Source: Proteobacteria bacterium UBA6503 | GTDB taxonomy: Bacteria; Pseudomonadota; Alphaproteobacteria; UBA1280; UBA6503 | Length of the DNA: 64,000 nucleotides | Direction of reading: 5' to 3' | NCBI GenBank assembly: GCA_002436405.1 | Contig: DJLZ01000001.1 | Location: forward strand, 58,056 to 122,055 | Part shown: positions 45,775 through 54,925 of the stretch, in pieces | How the letters are laid out: each line of letters starts with the position of its first letter | How positions within the stretch are numbered: the first letter of the stretch is position 1 | Made by a program: the position numbers and the translations under genes | The notes under the pieces: generated by a model | What the model saw: the letters and a program-made list of their open reading frames with translations, nothing else | The model's database searches: none | Told to the model about the DNA's origin: nothing

Positions 45775-46899
45775 ATGTATCTTCAAGAGCACCACACCCT
45801 AATTTCAGACATGACACGTAAATTTGCAGAGGAACGTTTGCTTCCGACAGCCGCCGAGCGTGATAAAACCCACGAGTTCCCTCGTGCAGAGCTAGAAGAA
45901 ATGGCCGAACTTGGCATGCTAGGCCTTATTGTGCCAGCAGCCTACGACGGTGCGGACCTTGACTACCTTGCCCAAGTGCTTTCGATTGAAGAAATTGCAG
46001 CAGGTTGTGGTGGTACCTCGACTATTGTGTGTATTCAAGCGATGGTGGAATCAATCCTCCTAAACTGCGCGAACGAGCAACAAAAAGATAAATACCTAAA
46101 ACCCCTCGCCCGTGGTGAGAAGATTGGCGTATTTGCGCTGACTGAACCTGAAGCAGGCTCAGACGCTGCGGCCCTTAAAACCACTGCGAAAAAAGACGGT
46201 GATTTTTACGTATTGAATGGTTCAAAGCAGTTCATCACCAGTGGTAAAAACGGCGACACGGCCATTGTGTTTGCTGTGACCGATGCCGAAAAGGGTAAAA
46301 AAGGCATTTCAGCCTTTATTGTTGAAGTAGGCTGCGAAGGGTACGAAGTTTCAGCCCTAGAGCATAAAATGGGCCAGCGCTGTTCGGAAGTGGCACAACT
46401 TAGCTTTAACAACATGAAAGTACCTGCTGAAAACTTGCTTGGTGAAGAAGGCGAAGGCTACAAAATTGCCCTATCTAACCTAGAGGGTGGTCGTCTTTCA
46501 ATCGCGGCACAGTCGCTCGGTATGGGGCGTGCTGCCCTTGATGCGGCTATTGCTTACGCAAAAGATCGTCAAACCTTTGGTAAGCCTATTATTGAACACC
46601 AAACCGTTGCCTTTAAACTGGCTGAAATGGCCACGAAACTAGACGCTGCACGCCTGATGACCCACCGTGCCGCCATCATGCGCCAAAACGGTGAAAAATG
46701 CCTTAAAGAAGCCTGCATGGCAAAGCTTATGGCCTCAGAAGTTGCGGAAGAAATTTGTAACGAAGCCATTCAAATTCACGGCGGTTACGGCTACACCGAG
46801 GACTTCCCGGTTGAGCGTTTGTACCGCGACGTACGTGTGTGCAAAATTTATGAAGGCACGTCAGATATTCAAAAACTGATTATTGCCCGTAACTTGTAG
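45775..46899 (+). CDS. Acyl-CoA dehydrogenase (short/branched-chain type)
   Basis: ALTEPEAGSD, and IQIHGGYGYTEDFPVERLYRDVRVCKIYEGTSDIQ. It starts 1 nt after the thiolase stop. Confidence 0.9.
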   Translation: MYLQEHHTLISDMTRKFAEERLLPTAAERDKTHEFPRAELEEMAELGMLGLIVPAAYDGADLDYLAQVLSIEEIAAGCGGTSTIVCIQAMVESILLNCANEQQKDKYLKPLARGEKIGVFALTEPEAGSDAAALKTTAKKDGDFYVLNGSKQFITSGKNGDTAIVFAVTDAEKGKKGISAFIVEVGCEGYEVSALEHKMGQRCSEVAQLSFNNMKVPAENLLGEEGEGYKIALSNLEGGRLSIAAQSLGMGRAALDAAIAYAKDRQTFGKPIIEHQTVAFKLAEMATKLDAARLMTHRAAIMRQNGEKCLKEACMAKLMASEVAEEICNEAIQIHGGYGYTEDFPVERLYRDVRVCKIYEGTSDIQKLIIARNL

Positions 46900-46933
46900 C
46901 CGCCCGTAAATTACAAAGACTTGGAGAGACCTT

Positions 46934-47584
46934 ATGAAATCGTTCAAAATTTGCGGTATCCAAACCCTTGAAGAAGCCCAAATGGCCATTGAGGCAGGCG
47001 CAACAACATTGGGGTTTTTGGTAGGCCTTACCCATAAGGCGGAAGATAAAATCAGCGCTAAAAAAGCCGCCGCTATTATTGCCCAACTGCCCAAAACCAT
47101 CGATACCGTAATGGTAACGCACCTTCTTGATGCCACTGAAATTGCCACCATTGCGGCCCAACTGGGTGTAACGGTGATTCAGATCCATGATGATTTGGAC
47201 GATGCTGGCATTAAAGCCCTCAAAGCGGCCTTGCCAAAAGTTAAGCTTATTAAAGCCGTGCATGTTATGGGTGAAGATGCCGTTGACCGTGCCAAACACC
47301 TAGATGCCATGCCCGAGCTTGATGCCCTGCTGCTAGATAGCCGTACCCAAGACCGTTTGGGTGGCACAGGCCTTACCCACGACTGGAACATCAGTAAAGC
47401 CATTGTAGACGCTTGCAATAAGCCTGTTTGGCTTGCCGGTGGCCTTGGCCCCCATAACGTTGCTGAGGCTGTTCAAAAAGTGCGCCCAGCAGGTGTTGAT
47501 GTAAACTCAGGCGTTGAAGATGCCACAGGCGCAAAAGACCCCGTAAAAGTGCGTGGTTTTGTTGAAGGTGCCCGCAACGCTTAA
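46934..47584 (+). CDS. trpF: Phosphoribosylanthranilate isomerase
   Basis: MKSFKICGI...GATTLGF at the N-terminus, a TIM-barrel PRAI pattern (LLLDS, LAGGL, GVDVNSGVE), and 216 aa. Confidence 0.8.
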   Translation: MKSFKICGIQTLEEAQMAIEAGATTLGFLVGLTHKAEDKISAKKAAAIIAQLPKTIDTVMVTHLLDATEIATIAAQLGVTVIQIHDDLDDAGIKALKAALPKVKLIKAVHVMGEDAVDRAKHLDAMPELDALLLDSRTQDRLGGTGLTHDWNISKAIVDACNKPVWLAGGLGPHNVAEAVQKVRPAGVDVNSGVEDATGAKDPVKVRGFVEGARNA

Positions 47585-47685
47585 GCCCCTAATTTAAAAA
47601 CCAAGAGAACCCTCAAAAGAATCCCCGCTGAGAAGCTTGAAAATTTGACAATTAGCCCCATAATGCCTTAGGTATATTGTTCTAC

Positions 47686-47736
47686 ATTTATCTTCTCTTT
47701 TTCTTTTCTCTCTTCTAGCTAACAAGGAGCATTCCA
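47686..47736 (+). promoter_or_regulatory. Pyrimidine-rich 5' leader, copy 1 of 3 (in front of ptrB)
   Basis: ATTTATCTTCTCTTTTTCTTTTCTCTCTTCTAGCTAACAAGGAGCATTCCA then ATG. It shares ATTT(T)ATCTTC, TTTTTCTTT and CTAACA-N1-2-GGAG with the copy at 62529..62590. Confidence 0.55.
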
Positions 47737-49827
47737 ATGCCCATCAAAAAGAACGTAACGCCGCCCACAGCGACGAAAGTTCAGAAGAACATTACCCAGC
47801 ACGGCAAGACCCGGCGTGATGATTACGCTTGGTTGAAGGACGTGAACTGGCAAGCTGTTCTGAAGGACCCTTCGAAGCTCGACGCTGCAATTCGTGCGCA
47901 TCTCGATGCGGAAAATGCTTACACCAATGCCGTAACGGCGCCGCTCGCTCAGCTTCAGGAAGAACTCTTCCAGGAGATGAAGGGCCGCCTTGCGGACGAT
48001 GACAGTTCGGCACCTATGCGTGACGGCCCTTACCTGTATTACCGCAGGGAAGAAGCCGGCAAGCAGTACCCGATTTACTGCCGCAAGGCGGATGAATCGG
48101 CAGACGAAGAAGTCTACTTCGATGTGAACGTTGCGGCCGATGGCCTCGACTTTTACAAGAACGCAGCGCTTGCGGTCAGCCCTGACCACACAATGCTTGC
48201 AATCGTCGAAGATACCAACGGCAGCGAGATCTACACCCTGCGTGTGATCAACATTGCCACGGGCAAGCAAGTTGGCCAGTCGGTCAGCGGGCTTGGCGGC
48301 AGCCTCGTCTGGGCGAACGACAACAAGACCCTGTTCTACACCATCGTGGATGACAACCACCGTCCGTGCGCCGTAAAGCGCCACGTGCTGGGCACTGACC
48401 CCTCAACGGATAAGGAAGTCTACCGCGAGAAGGACGCAGGGTACTTCATGTCGCTCGGCAAGTCGTCGGATGACTCGTACATCTTCTTGCGTATCGGGAG
48501 CCATACCACCACCGAGTGGCGGTTCATGAAGGCGAACAAGCCCACGGGCACGTTCGATGTCTTCGCCGAGCGTATCGATGACGAGGAATACGACCTCGAC
48601 TTCGCCGACGGAACCTTCTACATCGTCACCAACAAGGATGGCGCTGTGGATAGCAAAATCTGCACCTGCCCGGAAGCGACGCCTGGTCGAGCCAATATGG
48701 TCGACTTGGTGCCCTACCAGCAAGGCACGCTCATCGAGGGGATTCACCTCGTCGATGGCTACCTGCTGCGTCAGGAAATGCATGATGCGCTGCCGCGTAT
48801 CATCATTCGCAACCTCAAGACTGGCGAAGAAAAGGCCATTTCCTTCCCGGAAGAAGCCTTCAACCTTTCGCTGGTTGGCAGTTACGAGTACAACACGAGC
48901 GTGGTGCGCTTCGTGTATAACTCGCCGTCTACGCCGGCTCAGACCTATGACTACGATGTCGCTACCGACAGCCGTACCATGGTCAAGCAGCAGGAAGTGC
49001 CCAGTGGGCATAACCCGGCCGATTATGTGGTCCGTCGCCTTACGGCAACGAGCCATGACGGTGCACAGGTTCCGATTACCGTTCTGCATCACAAAGACAC
49101 GCCTATAGATGGTTCTGCGCCGATGTGGTTGTACGGCTACGGCTCGTACGGTCACGCTATTCCGGCGTCGTTCTCGACGATTCGCCTTGCCATGGTCAAC
49201 CGTGGGTTCGTGTTTGCTGTCGCTCACATCCGTGGCGGCACCGAGCGTGGCCAACAGTGGTACCTGGACGCAAAGAAGGATAAGAAGGTTAACACCTTCC
49301 ATGACTTCATTGCGGCGGCTGATCATCTGATCGACCAGAACTACACGACGGCCGGCAATATCTACGCTGAAGGGCGTAGTGCTGGTGGTCTGTTGATGGG
49401 TGCTGTGACCAACATGCGGCCTGAGCTGTGGAAGATGGTACACCTTGGTGTGCCGTTCGTGGACGTGCTGAACACCATCAGTGACGACACGCTTCCGCTG
49501 ACGCCGCCGGAGTGGCCGGAATGGGGTAACCCCATCACCGACGCTGCGGCTTACGATGATATCGAGGCTTACTGCCCGTATCACAACCTCGAGGCAAAGG
49601 CGTATCCGCATACGCTGATTACCTCGTCGTTGACGGACTACCGCGTCACCTACTGGGAGCCTGCCAAGTACGCGGCCAAAATGCGTGAAGTCAACACGGC
49701 TGATACGCTGACCATCATGAAGATGGAAATGGCCACGGGTCATGGCGGTGCCTCTGGGCGTTTCGATAGTCTGCGTGAAAGCGCATTCGAAATTGCTCTG
49801 GTACTTGCCATCTTTAACAAGGCATAA
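47737..49827 (+). CDS. ptrB: Oligopeptidase B (S9A prolyl-oligopeptidase family), compositionally foreign
   Basis: RRDDYAWLKD..NW at the N-terminus, a beta-propeller region, then the catalytic GRSAGGLL serine elbow and a C-terminal ATGHGG histidine. A hand-counted 100-nt sample (48301..48400) has 61 G+C. AAG, CTC/CTG, GCG and TCG codons are used where neighbouring genes use AAA, CTT and GCC. Confidence 0.9.
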   Translation: MPIKKNVTPPTATKVQKNITQHGKTRRDDYAWLKDVNWQAVLKDPSKLDAAIRAHLDAENAYTNAVTAPLAQLQEELFQEMKGRLADDDSSAPMRDGPYLYYRREEAGKQYPIYCRKADESADEEVYFDVNVAADGLDFYKNAALAVSPDHTMLAIVEDTNGSEIYTLRVINIATGKQVGQSVSGLGGSLVWANDNKTLFYTIVDDNHRPCAVKRHVLGTDPSTDKEVYREKDAGYFMSLGKSSDDSYIFLRIGSHTTTEWRFMKANKPTGTFDVFAERIDDEEYDLDFADGTFYIVTNKDGAVDSKICTCPEATPGRANMVDLVPYQQGTLIEGIHLVDGYLLRQEMHDALPRIIIRNLKTGEEKAISFPEEAFNLSLVGSYEYNTSVVRFVYNSPSTPAQTYDYDVATDSRTMVKQQEVPSGHNPADYVVRRLTATSHDGAQVPITVLHHKDTPIDGSAPMWLYGYGSYGHAIPASFSTIRLAMVNRGFVFAVAHIRGGTERGQQWYLDAKKDKKVNTFHDFIAAADHLIDQNYTTAGNIYAEGRSAGGLLMGAVTNMRPELWKMVHLGVPFVDVLNTISDDTLPLTPPEWPEWGNPITDAAAYDDIEAYCPYHNLEAKAYPHTLITSSLTDYRVTYWEPAKYAAKMREVNTADTLTIMKMEMATGHGGASGRFDSLRESAFEIALVLAIFNKA

Positions 49828-49964
49828 GGCATTGTAATTCATTGCCCGAGCATCGCTCTACGGCAATGAACTGGCGTTCCGCCAGACCTGTCGGCAACCT
49901 TTGACCTTCGGTCACGGGATGCCGTCCTACCCGCTTTCGGCGGGCAGTGCCCTTATAACGACTA

Positions 49965-49997
49965 AGCCCCCCACCTTTTTGGTGGGGGGCTTTTTTT
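49965..49997. terminator. Bidirectional terminator shared by ptrB and mntP
   Basis: AGCCCCCCACC / GGTGGGGGGCT 11-bp stem with a TTTTT loop, followed by T7. Confidence 0.8.
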
Positions 49998-50025
49998 ATC
50001 GCAGTCTATCTGGAAGATTAGTGAC

Positions 50026-50583
50026 TTACAAAATACCTGTATGGGTCAGCAGAATACCTGTACCGATAGCAATCAGGGTTAGTCCGCCTAAAAACTCAGC
50101 GTATTTGCCAGCCTTAAGGCCTAGGTAGTGGCCTGTCATAACGCCAAGGCTGCTCATAAGGCAGGTAGCACCACCAATTGCGAGTGCTGAAAGCCAAATA
50201 TTCACATCCAAAAATGCAAGGGTAACACCCACTGCCATGGCATCAATGCTGGTACCAATAGCAATCAGTACAAGGCGCCATAGGCTCATGTCTGTGCTGC
50301 GTTCTTCAGGCTCGCCAAAACTTTCAAGCAGCATATGAACACCGACGGCACCTAGAATAAAAAAGGCAATCCAATGGTCAACCGAAGCTACAAATCCACT
50401 GGCAAGTAAGCCAAGGCACCAGCCAATAATTGGGGTAATCGCTTCAACCGTTCCAAAAATAAGGCCCACACGTAAGGCTTGGGTTGGTTTTGGCTTTGGC
50501 ATTTTGACGCCTTTGGCAATTGACGCAGCAAACGCATCAGCTGACATACTAAAGGCCATTGCAATGGTAGGGGCAAGTAACAT
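50026..50583 (-). CDS. mntP: Manganese efflux pump MntP
   Basis: Two DUF204 repeats carrying SMSADAFAASIAKG and GTSIDAMAVGV. Six hydrophobic helices in 185 aa. Confidence 0.85.
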   Translation of the reverse strand: MLLAPTIAMAFSMSADAFAASIAKGVKMPKPKPTQALRVGLIFGTVEAITPIIGWCLGLLASGFVASVDHWIAFFILGAVGVHMLLESFGEPEERSTDMSLWRLVLIAIGTSIDAMAVGVTLAFLDVNIWLSALAIGGATCLMSSLGVMTGHYLGLKAGKYAEFLGGLTLIAIGTGILLTHTGIL

Positions 50584-50713
50584 TAGGCATCCTTTGTGTA
50601 AGGGGTTTGATAAGCGTGACTATACAATAAATGCTAAAGAATCGATACAGTTACTTGAACTTTAGCCATGCGCCCCTATACTTTTTATATAACTAATTGA
50701 TTGGGCAAGCATT

Positions 50714-51691
50714 TTGGGCATTTTTGATATTTTCAAAGGGAAACATAAAGACGATGTTTACCACTCAGGCTCACGCGAGGCACAGCGCCATTGGGCGCAG
50801 TATCAAAAATTTCAGGATGCGCAAAACCGTGTATTAGGCGAGCCTGCAGGCATGATGCCACATGCGCAAAACATTAATGCTGATGCCGGTTTAAAATACA
50901 CCCAAAAGAATATTAAAGACCCCAAAACAGGTGATAGAGACCCTAACGGCACATATAAAACACGGGGGTTTAATCAGCTTGCGAATTCAATCCGCGCGGG
51001 CGAAGCCGCTTCATTAGCGCAAGAAAACCCCAAAGCGGCAGATAACTTAATCGATAACCTTGCAGACATGCGCCGACGCCTGACCAATGACTTTACCCGT
51101 GAAAACTACATGGCACGCAGCCATGCCATCCGTGCTGAGTTTGAAGCACGCCTGCCAAAAGCACAGGCTGCCACTGCATTTGATAAATATGTTGAAATCA
51201 TGCAAGACCCTGAAGTCTCTAAAAGGCTGGCTTCAAGTGAAGCTGTGAGAAAAGGTTCAGAGGCATACCAATACGGCCTCAGCACCATAGCAGCCGCTAA
51301 AAAGCTTGAAGATTCAACAGCCCGCCATAAGGAAACTGGTAATCAACTTCTTGAAGAAGAGCTAGGCCTCAAACCTGGCGCGCTAAAGGGTAGTATTTTA
51401 GGTGATTCTAGCGTCATGATTGAAAGCAGCCAATACTTCAAGAAAGACTATGACCGTGACATTGCACCATTTCGCGATGGCAACCGTGATAGTGCTGATT
51501 TTGCCAGCGGCTCGCACCTGATGATGGTTGAAACCACACTCGATATTGTTGAGGGCGCAGAGGAAGTCCCCACCAAACATTCAGACAAAACGCTGAACGA
51601 ATACTTCACCGCCCGCCAACAAGAAATGGCGCGGCCTGAGGCTTCATCACATACGTTAGACCCGACTAGAGATATCCAGCCCGAACGCTAA
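50714..51691 (+). CDS. Hypothetical soluble protein, 325 aa
   Basis: Long ORF with host-like composition. It has a TTG start, no signal peptide and no recognised motif. Confidence 0.45.
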   Translation: MGIFDIFKGKHKDDVYHSGSREAQRHWAQYQKFQDAQNRVLGEPAGMMPHAQNINADAGLKYTQKNIKDPKTGDRDPNGTYKTRGFNQLANSIRAGEAASLAQENPKAADNLIDNLADMRRRLTNDFTRENYMARSHAIRAEFEARLPKAQAATAFDKYVEIMQDPEVSKRLASSEAVRKGSEAYQYGLSTIAAAKKLEDSTARHKETGNQLLEEELGLKPGALKGSILGDSSVMIESSQYFKKDYDRDIAPFRDGNRDSADFASGSHLMMVETTLDIVEGAEEVPTKHSDKTLNEYFTARQQEMARPEASSHTLDPTRDIQPER

Positions 51692-51713
51692 GACATATTT
51701 CACTGGTTTGAAC

Positions 51714-52037
51714 TTAGTAAATCTTGAGAGATTTGATCTGATTATTCTCAAATCCAAATTTGTAGTCCAAAACAAGAGGGCTGCCATCAAAATTGCCTGA
51801 AACTTCGGCCTTAGCGTGTACTAACCCCTTTTCATTCTCCACTGAAAGCAGCTTGTGTCGACAGTTGTATTTTTCTAGAGCATCCTCATACCAAGCTCTA
51901 ATTTGTTCGTGGCCTTTATGTGTTTGGCGCTCATCAGAAACTTCTGCATCTTCTGCAAAAAAAGCAATATACGCCTCCATGTCGCGCGCATTTGATGCTG
52001 CAAAAAATTGGGTCAGAACTTGTTGTGCATTTTTCAT
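51714..52037 (-). CDS. SnoaL/NTF2-like small protein
   Basis: FFAASNARDMEAYIAFFAEDAEVSDE has the SnoaL-like N-terminal pattern. It is 107 aa and divergent from an HxlR regulator, which is a common pairing. Confidence 0.65.
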   Translation of the reverse strand: MKNAQQVLTQFFAASNARDMEAYIAFFAEDAEVSDERQTHKGHEQIRAWYEDALEKYNCRHKLLSVENEKGLVHAKAEVSGNFDGSPLVLDYKFGFENNQIKSLKIY

Positions 52038-52117
52038 ATAAAGCCTCTCTTTCTATTGTCTTATAAAAAAGATAAAATCTATCTAACAAAACAACAAGTA
52101 CGCACAAAAAAGTAAGC

Positions 52118-52474
52118 ATGAAAAAACATCAAAAAACTGGTGGAAACCACGACAAATATACACCAGAAACAGCTGCGCTGGGTGTGAATGAGGCCCTTAA
52201 GACACTAGAAGGCCGCTGGAAACTGTTTATTCTATTCCAATTATTTGGGCACGGCATATGCCGCTTTTCAGAATTAGAGCGCGGCATACCTGGCATTACA
52301 CAAAAAATGCTAACCCAACAGCTACGGCAATTAGAAGAAGATGGGCTTGTTTCAAGAAAGTCATACCCTGTTGTGCCCCCTAAAGTTGAATATAGGCTTA
52401 CAAGATGGGGGGAAGAACTGTGCCCTGCTTTAGATGAACTCTTAACATGGGCGGATAAGAAGCCCAGCAAATAA
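52118..52474 (+). CDS. HxlR-family winged-helix transcriptional regulator
   Basis: RWKLFILFQL..RFSELERGIPGITQKMLTQQLRQLEEDGLVSRKSYPVVPPKVEYRLT is the canonical HxlR pattern. Confidence 0.88.
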   Translation: MKKHQKTGGNHDKYTPETAALGVNEALKTLEGRWKLFILFQLFGHGICRFSELERGIPGITQKMLTQQLRQLEEDGLVSRKSYPVVPPKVEYRLTRWGEELCPALDELLTWADKKPSK

Positions 52475-52476
52475 TT

Positions 52477-52496
52477 AAAGCCCCCGCAGGGGCTTT
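52477..52496. terminator. Short hairpin between hxlR and the tRNA gene
   Basis: AAAGCCCC / GGGGCTTT stem with a CGCA loop. Confidence 0.55.
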
Positions 52497-52500
52497 AAAA

Positions 52501-52576
52501 TGGTAGGCGTGGAGGGACTTGAACCCCCGACCAAGGCATTATGAGTGCCCTGCTCTAACCACTGAGCTACACGCCC
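52501..52576 (-). tRNA. tRNA with a CAT anticodon (Met by anticodon; overall closest by eye to the lysidine-modified tRNA-Ile2 type), CCA encoded
   Basis: The reverse complement is GGGCGTG TA GCTC AGTGGTTA GAGC A GGGCA CTCATAA TGCCT TGGTC GGGGG TTCAAGT CCCTC CACGCCT A CCA, which folds as a full cloverleaf. The D-arm, anticodon loop and T-arm closely resemble E. coli ileX. Confidence 0.9.
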
Positions 52577-52777
52577 GCATTTAATGCATTATCGCCCAAG
52601 CAATGCTGAAGCTCAATGCGAAATTGAAAATATCAACTTTCTAACCAAATAACCACACCCGTGTGCAAAAAAATGCCATATAGCGGGGTTTTAGCGCTTG
52701 TTTGTTGTAGTTTTCTTCCTAAGTGTTTATTGCTATAGTGTTATAGATATAAAAAAGACAAACAGGGCACATCATAT

Positions 52778-53467
52778 ATGTTCAGTATTTCACGTGTTAA
52801 CCGCCACTTTGTAACAGGTGCGGCTATTGTTTTTGCCCTAGGTTTTGTTCTGGTCTTCATGAACCCAAGCCATGACGTACCCCCTACCCCAATGCCCGAT
52901 AGCCACGTAACGTGGGAAACCGCCCTTAAAGCGGGCGAAAAAGCGCCTGACTTTACCCTGCGTGACCAAGATGGCAACCCTTTTACCCTTTCCCTTGCCC
53001 TGATGGATGGCCCCGTTGTGATGACATTCTTCCGTGGCAACTGGTGCCCTATTTGCGCCGCGCAACTTAAAAAACTTGATATGGACCTTGAGCACTACAA
53101 CCGCCTAGGCGCCCAAGTTGTTGCCATTTCGGCTCAGCTCCCTGAAGACACTGCCGAAACCCACGAGCGTTTTGGTATTCGCATGCCTGTTTTAAGTGAT
53201 ACAGGCATGGCCGTTACAAAGCTTTACGGTGTTGAATGGACAATGCCTGAAGATGTTCGTGAAAAGACAGATGCTTACGTACAAGACGCCACAGACCGCA
53301 CCCTTGCCGAAATTAACGGCGATGCGGGACTAACCTTGCCAGTGCCTGCAACATACGTTATTGCAGAAGACGGCACCATTGCCTATGCATACGCTGACGA
53401 AAACTACCGCGAGCGTGCAAACAGCCTTGTGTTACAACAAGCGCTACAGGCCCTTGAAGACAAATAA
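52778..53467 (+). CDS. AhpC/TSA-family thioredoxin-fold protein (peroxiredoxin-like), membrane-anchored or secreted
   Basis: FFRGNWCPICAAQLKKL redox motif, and the N-terminal hydrophobic segment AAIVFALGFVLVF. Confidence 0.8.
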   Translation: MFSISRVNRHFVTGAAIVFALGFVLVFMNPSHDVPPTPMPDSHVTWETALKAGEKAPDFTLRDQDGNPFTLSLALMDGPVVMTFFRGNWCPICAAQLKKLDMDLEHYNRLGAQVVAISAQLPEDTAETHERFGIRMPVLSDTGMAVTKLYGVEWTMPEDVREKTDAYVQDATDRTLAEINGDAGLTLPVPATYVIAEDGTIAYAYADENYRERANSLVLQQALQALEDK

Positions 53468-53495
53468 TTAAACAACCTAACCGAAGGATCAAACC

Positions 53496-54920
53496 ATGCC
53501 GACAGAAATGCGCAAAGAATCAGATACTATGGGGATTATTGAAGTCCCAGCTGACAAATACTGGGGTGCGCAAACCCAACGTTCGATTGAGAACTTCAAG
53601 ATTAGTGGCGAACGCATGCCAACTGCACTTATTCGCTCTTTCGGTTACCTTAAAAAATCAGCAGCTACAGTAAACGCTGACCTTGGCCTATTGCCACGTG
53701 AAATTGCTGATACCATCGCCACCGTATGTGACGAAATTATTGCCGGTAAGCTTGATGACCACTTTCCGCTGGTTGTATGGCAAACAGGTAGTGGTACCCA
53801 AACCAACATGAACGTGAACGAAGTAATTGCCAACCGCGCGATTGAACTTATGGGCGGCGTTGTCGGCTCGAAAGACCCCGTGCACCCGAACGACCACGTG
53901 AACATGTGTCAGTCATCAAACGACACCTTCCCAACAGCAATGTACATTGCTGCACTAGATGCCATGGTACAAAACGTGATTCCAGCGCTGAACAAGCTAT
54001 ACGAAGGCTTTGATACCAAAAGCAATGCCTTTAAACACATTATTAAAGTGGGCCGTACCCACCTGCAAGACGCTGTGCCATTAACACTTGGCCAAGAATT
54101 TTCAGGCTACAGCAGCCAAATTCAGCACTGCATTAAGCGCCTTGAACAAACAACTAAAGACCTTGCCGAGCTTGCCATTGGTGGTACAGCTGTAGGTACA
54201 GGACTCAACGCCCACCCTGAGTTTGGTGAGCGTGTATCGGCTGAAATTTCACGCCTAACCGAAATGAAATTCACCTCTGCCCCGAACAAGTTTGAAGCCC
54301 TAGCCGCACACGACGCTATTGTGCACGGTAGTGGCGCCCTTAAAACAACAGCTGCGGCATTGATGAAAATTGCAAACGATATTCGTTTGCTAGGTTCAGG
54401 CCCACGTTGTGGTATTGGCGAATTGAACTTGCCACAAAACGAGCCTGGTAGCTCGATTATGCCGGGTAAAGTAAACCCAACACAGTGTGAAGCCATGACC
54501 ATGGCCTGCGCCCAAGTTATGGGTAACGATGTAACAATCGGTATTTCAGGGTCAAACGGTCACTTTGAGCTTAACGTCTTTAAGCCAGTGATGATTAATG
54601 CCTTCTTGCAGTCATGCCGCTTGATTGCAGACTCAGCCATTAGCTTCCACGACAACTGCCTAACAGGTATCGAGCCTAACCGTGAGCAAATTGCCCACAA
54701 CCTTAAAAACTCGTTGATGTTGGTAACAGCCCTAAGCCCGCACATTGGCTACGATAAAGCCGCTTCAGTTGCGAAGAAAGCTTACGCTGATGACCTTACC
54801 CTTAAAGGTGCAGCACTTGAGCTTGGCTACCTAGACGAAGAAACATTCGAGCGTATTATGCGCCCTGAAAAAATGATTGAGCCTGACATTCAAACAGGCA
54901 ACAAAAAGAAAGTAGGCTAA
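53496..54920 (+). CDS. fumC: Class II fumarate hydratase
   Basis: The [16 protein letters not shown] signature and the [14 protein letters not shown] region. 474 aa. Confidence 0.95.
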   Translation: MPTEMRKESDTMGIIEVPADKYWGAQTQRSIENFKISGERMPTALIRSFGYLKKSAATVNADLGLLPREIADTIATVCDEIIAGKLDDHFPLVVWQTGSGTQTNMNVNEVIANRAIELMGGVVGSKDPVHPNDHVNMCQSSNDTFPTAMYIAALDAMVQNVIPALNKLYEGFDTKSNAFKHIIKVGRTHLQDAVPLTLGQEFSGYSSQIQHCIKRLEQTTKDLAELAIGGTAVGTGLNAHPEFGERVSAEISRLTEMKFTSAPNKFEALAAHDAIVHGSGALKTTAAALMKIANDIRLLGSGPRCGIGELNLPQNEPGSSIMPGKVNPTQCEAMTMACAQVMGNDVTIGISGSNGHFELNVFKPVMINAFLQSCRLIADSAISFHDNCLTGIEPNREQIAHNLKNSLMLVTALSPHIGYDKAASVAKKAYADDLTLKGAALELGYLDEETFERIMRPEKMIEPDIQTGNKKKVG

Positions 54921-54925
54921 GACTC

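Noticed and set aside
45050-45817. 255-aa minus-strand ORF antisense to the thiolase gene
   Set aside because: It fully overlaps a gene with unambiguous thiolase active-site motifs. The Ala/Pro/Ser-rich translation is typical of the antisense of Gly/Ala-rich genes.
47719-49842. Long minus-strand ORFs (221 aa and 479 aa) antisense to ptrB
   Set aside because: They are Arg/Val/His-rich with no motifs and fully overlap a gene carrying clear S9 peptidase signatures. This is the typical by-product of GC-rich coding DNA.
50584-50713. Expected yybP-ykoY manganese riboswitch upstream of mntP
   Set aside because: The intergenic region is only 130 nt and is shared with a divergent gene. It lacks the conserved GGGGAGUAG-type core, so I see no support for a riboswitch.
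52477-52777. The tRNA gene as an integration site for a genomic island
   Set aside because: I found no integrase, no direct repeat of the tRNA 3' end and no composition shift in the flanking genes (hxlR, peroxiredoxin-like).
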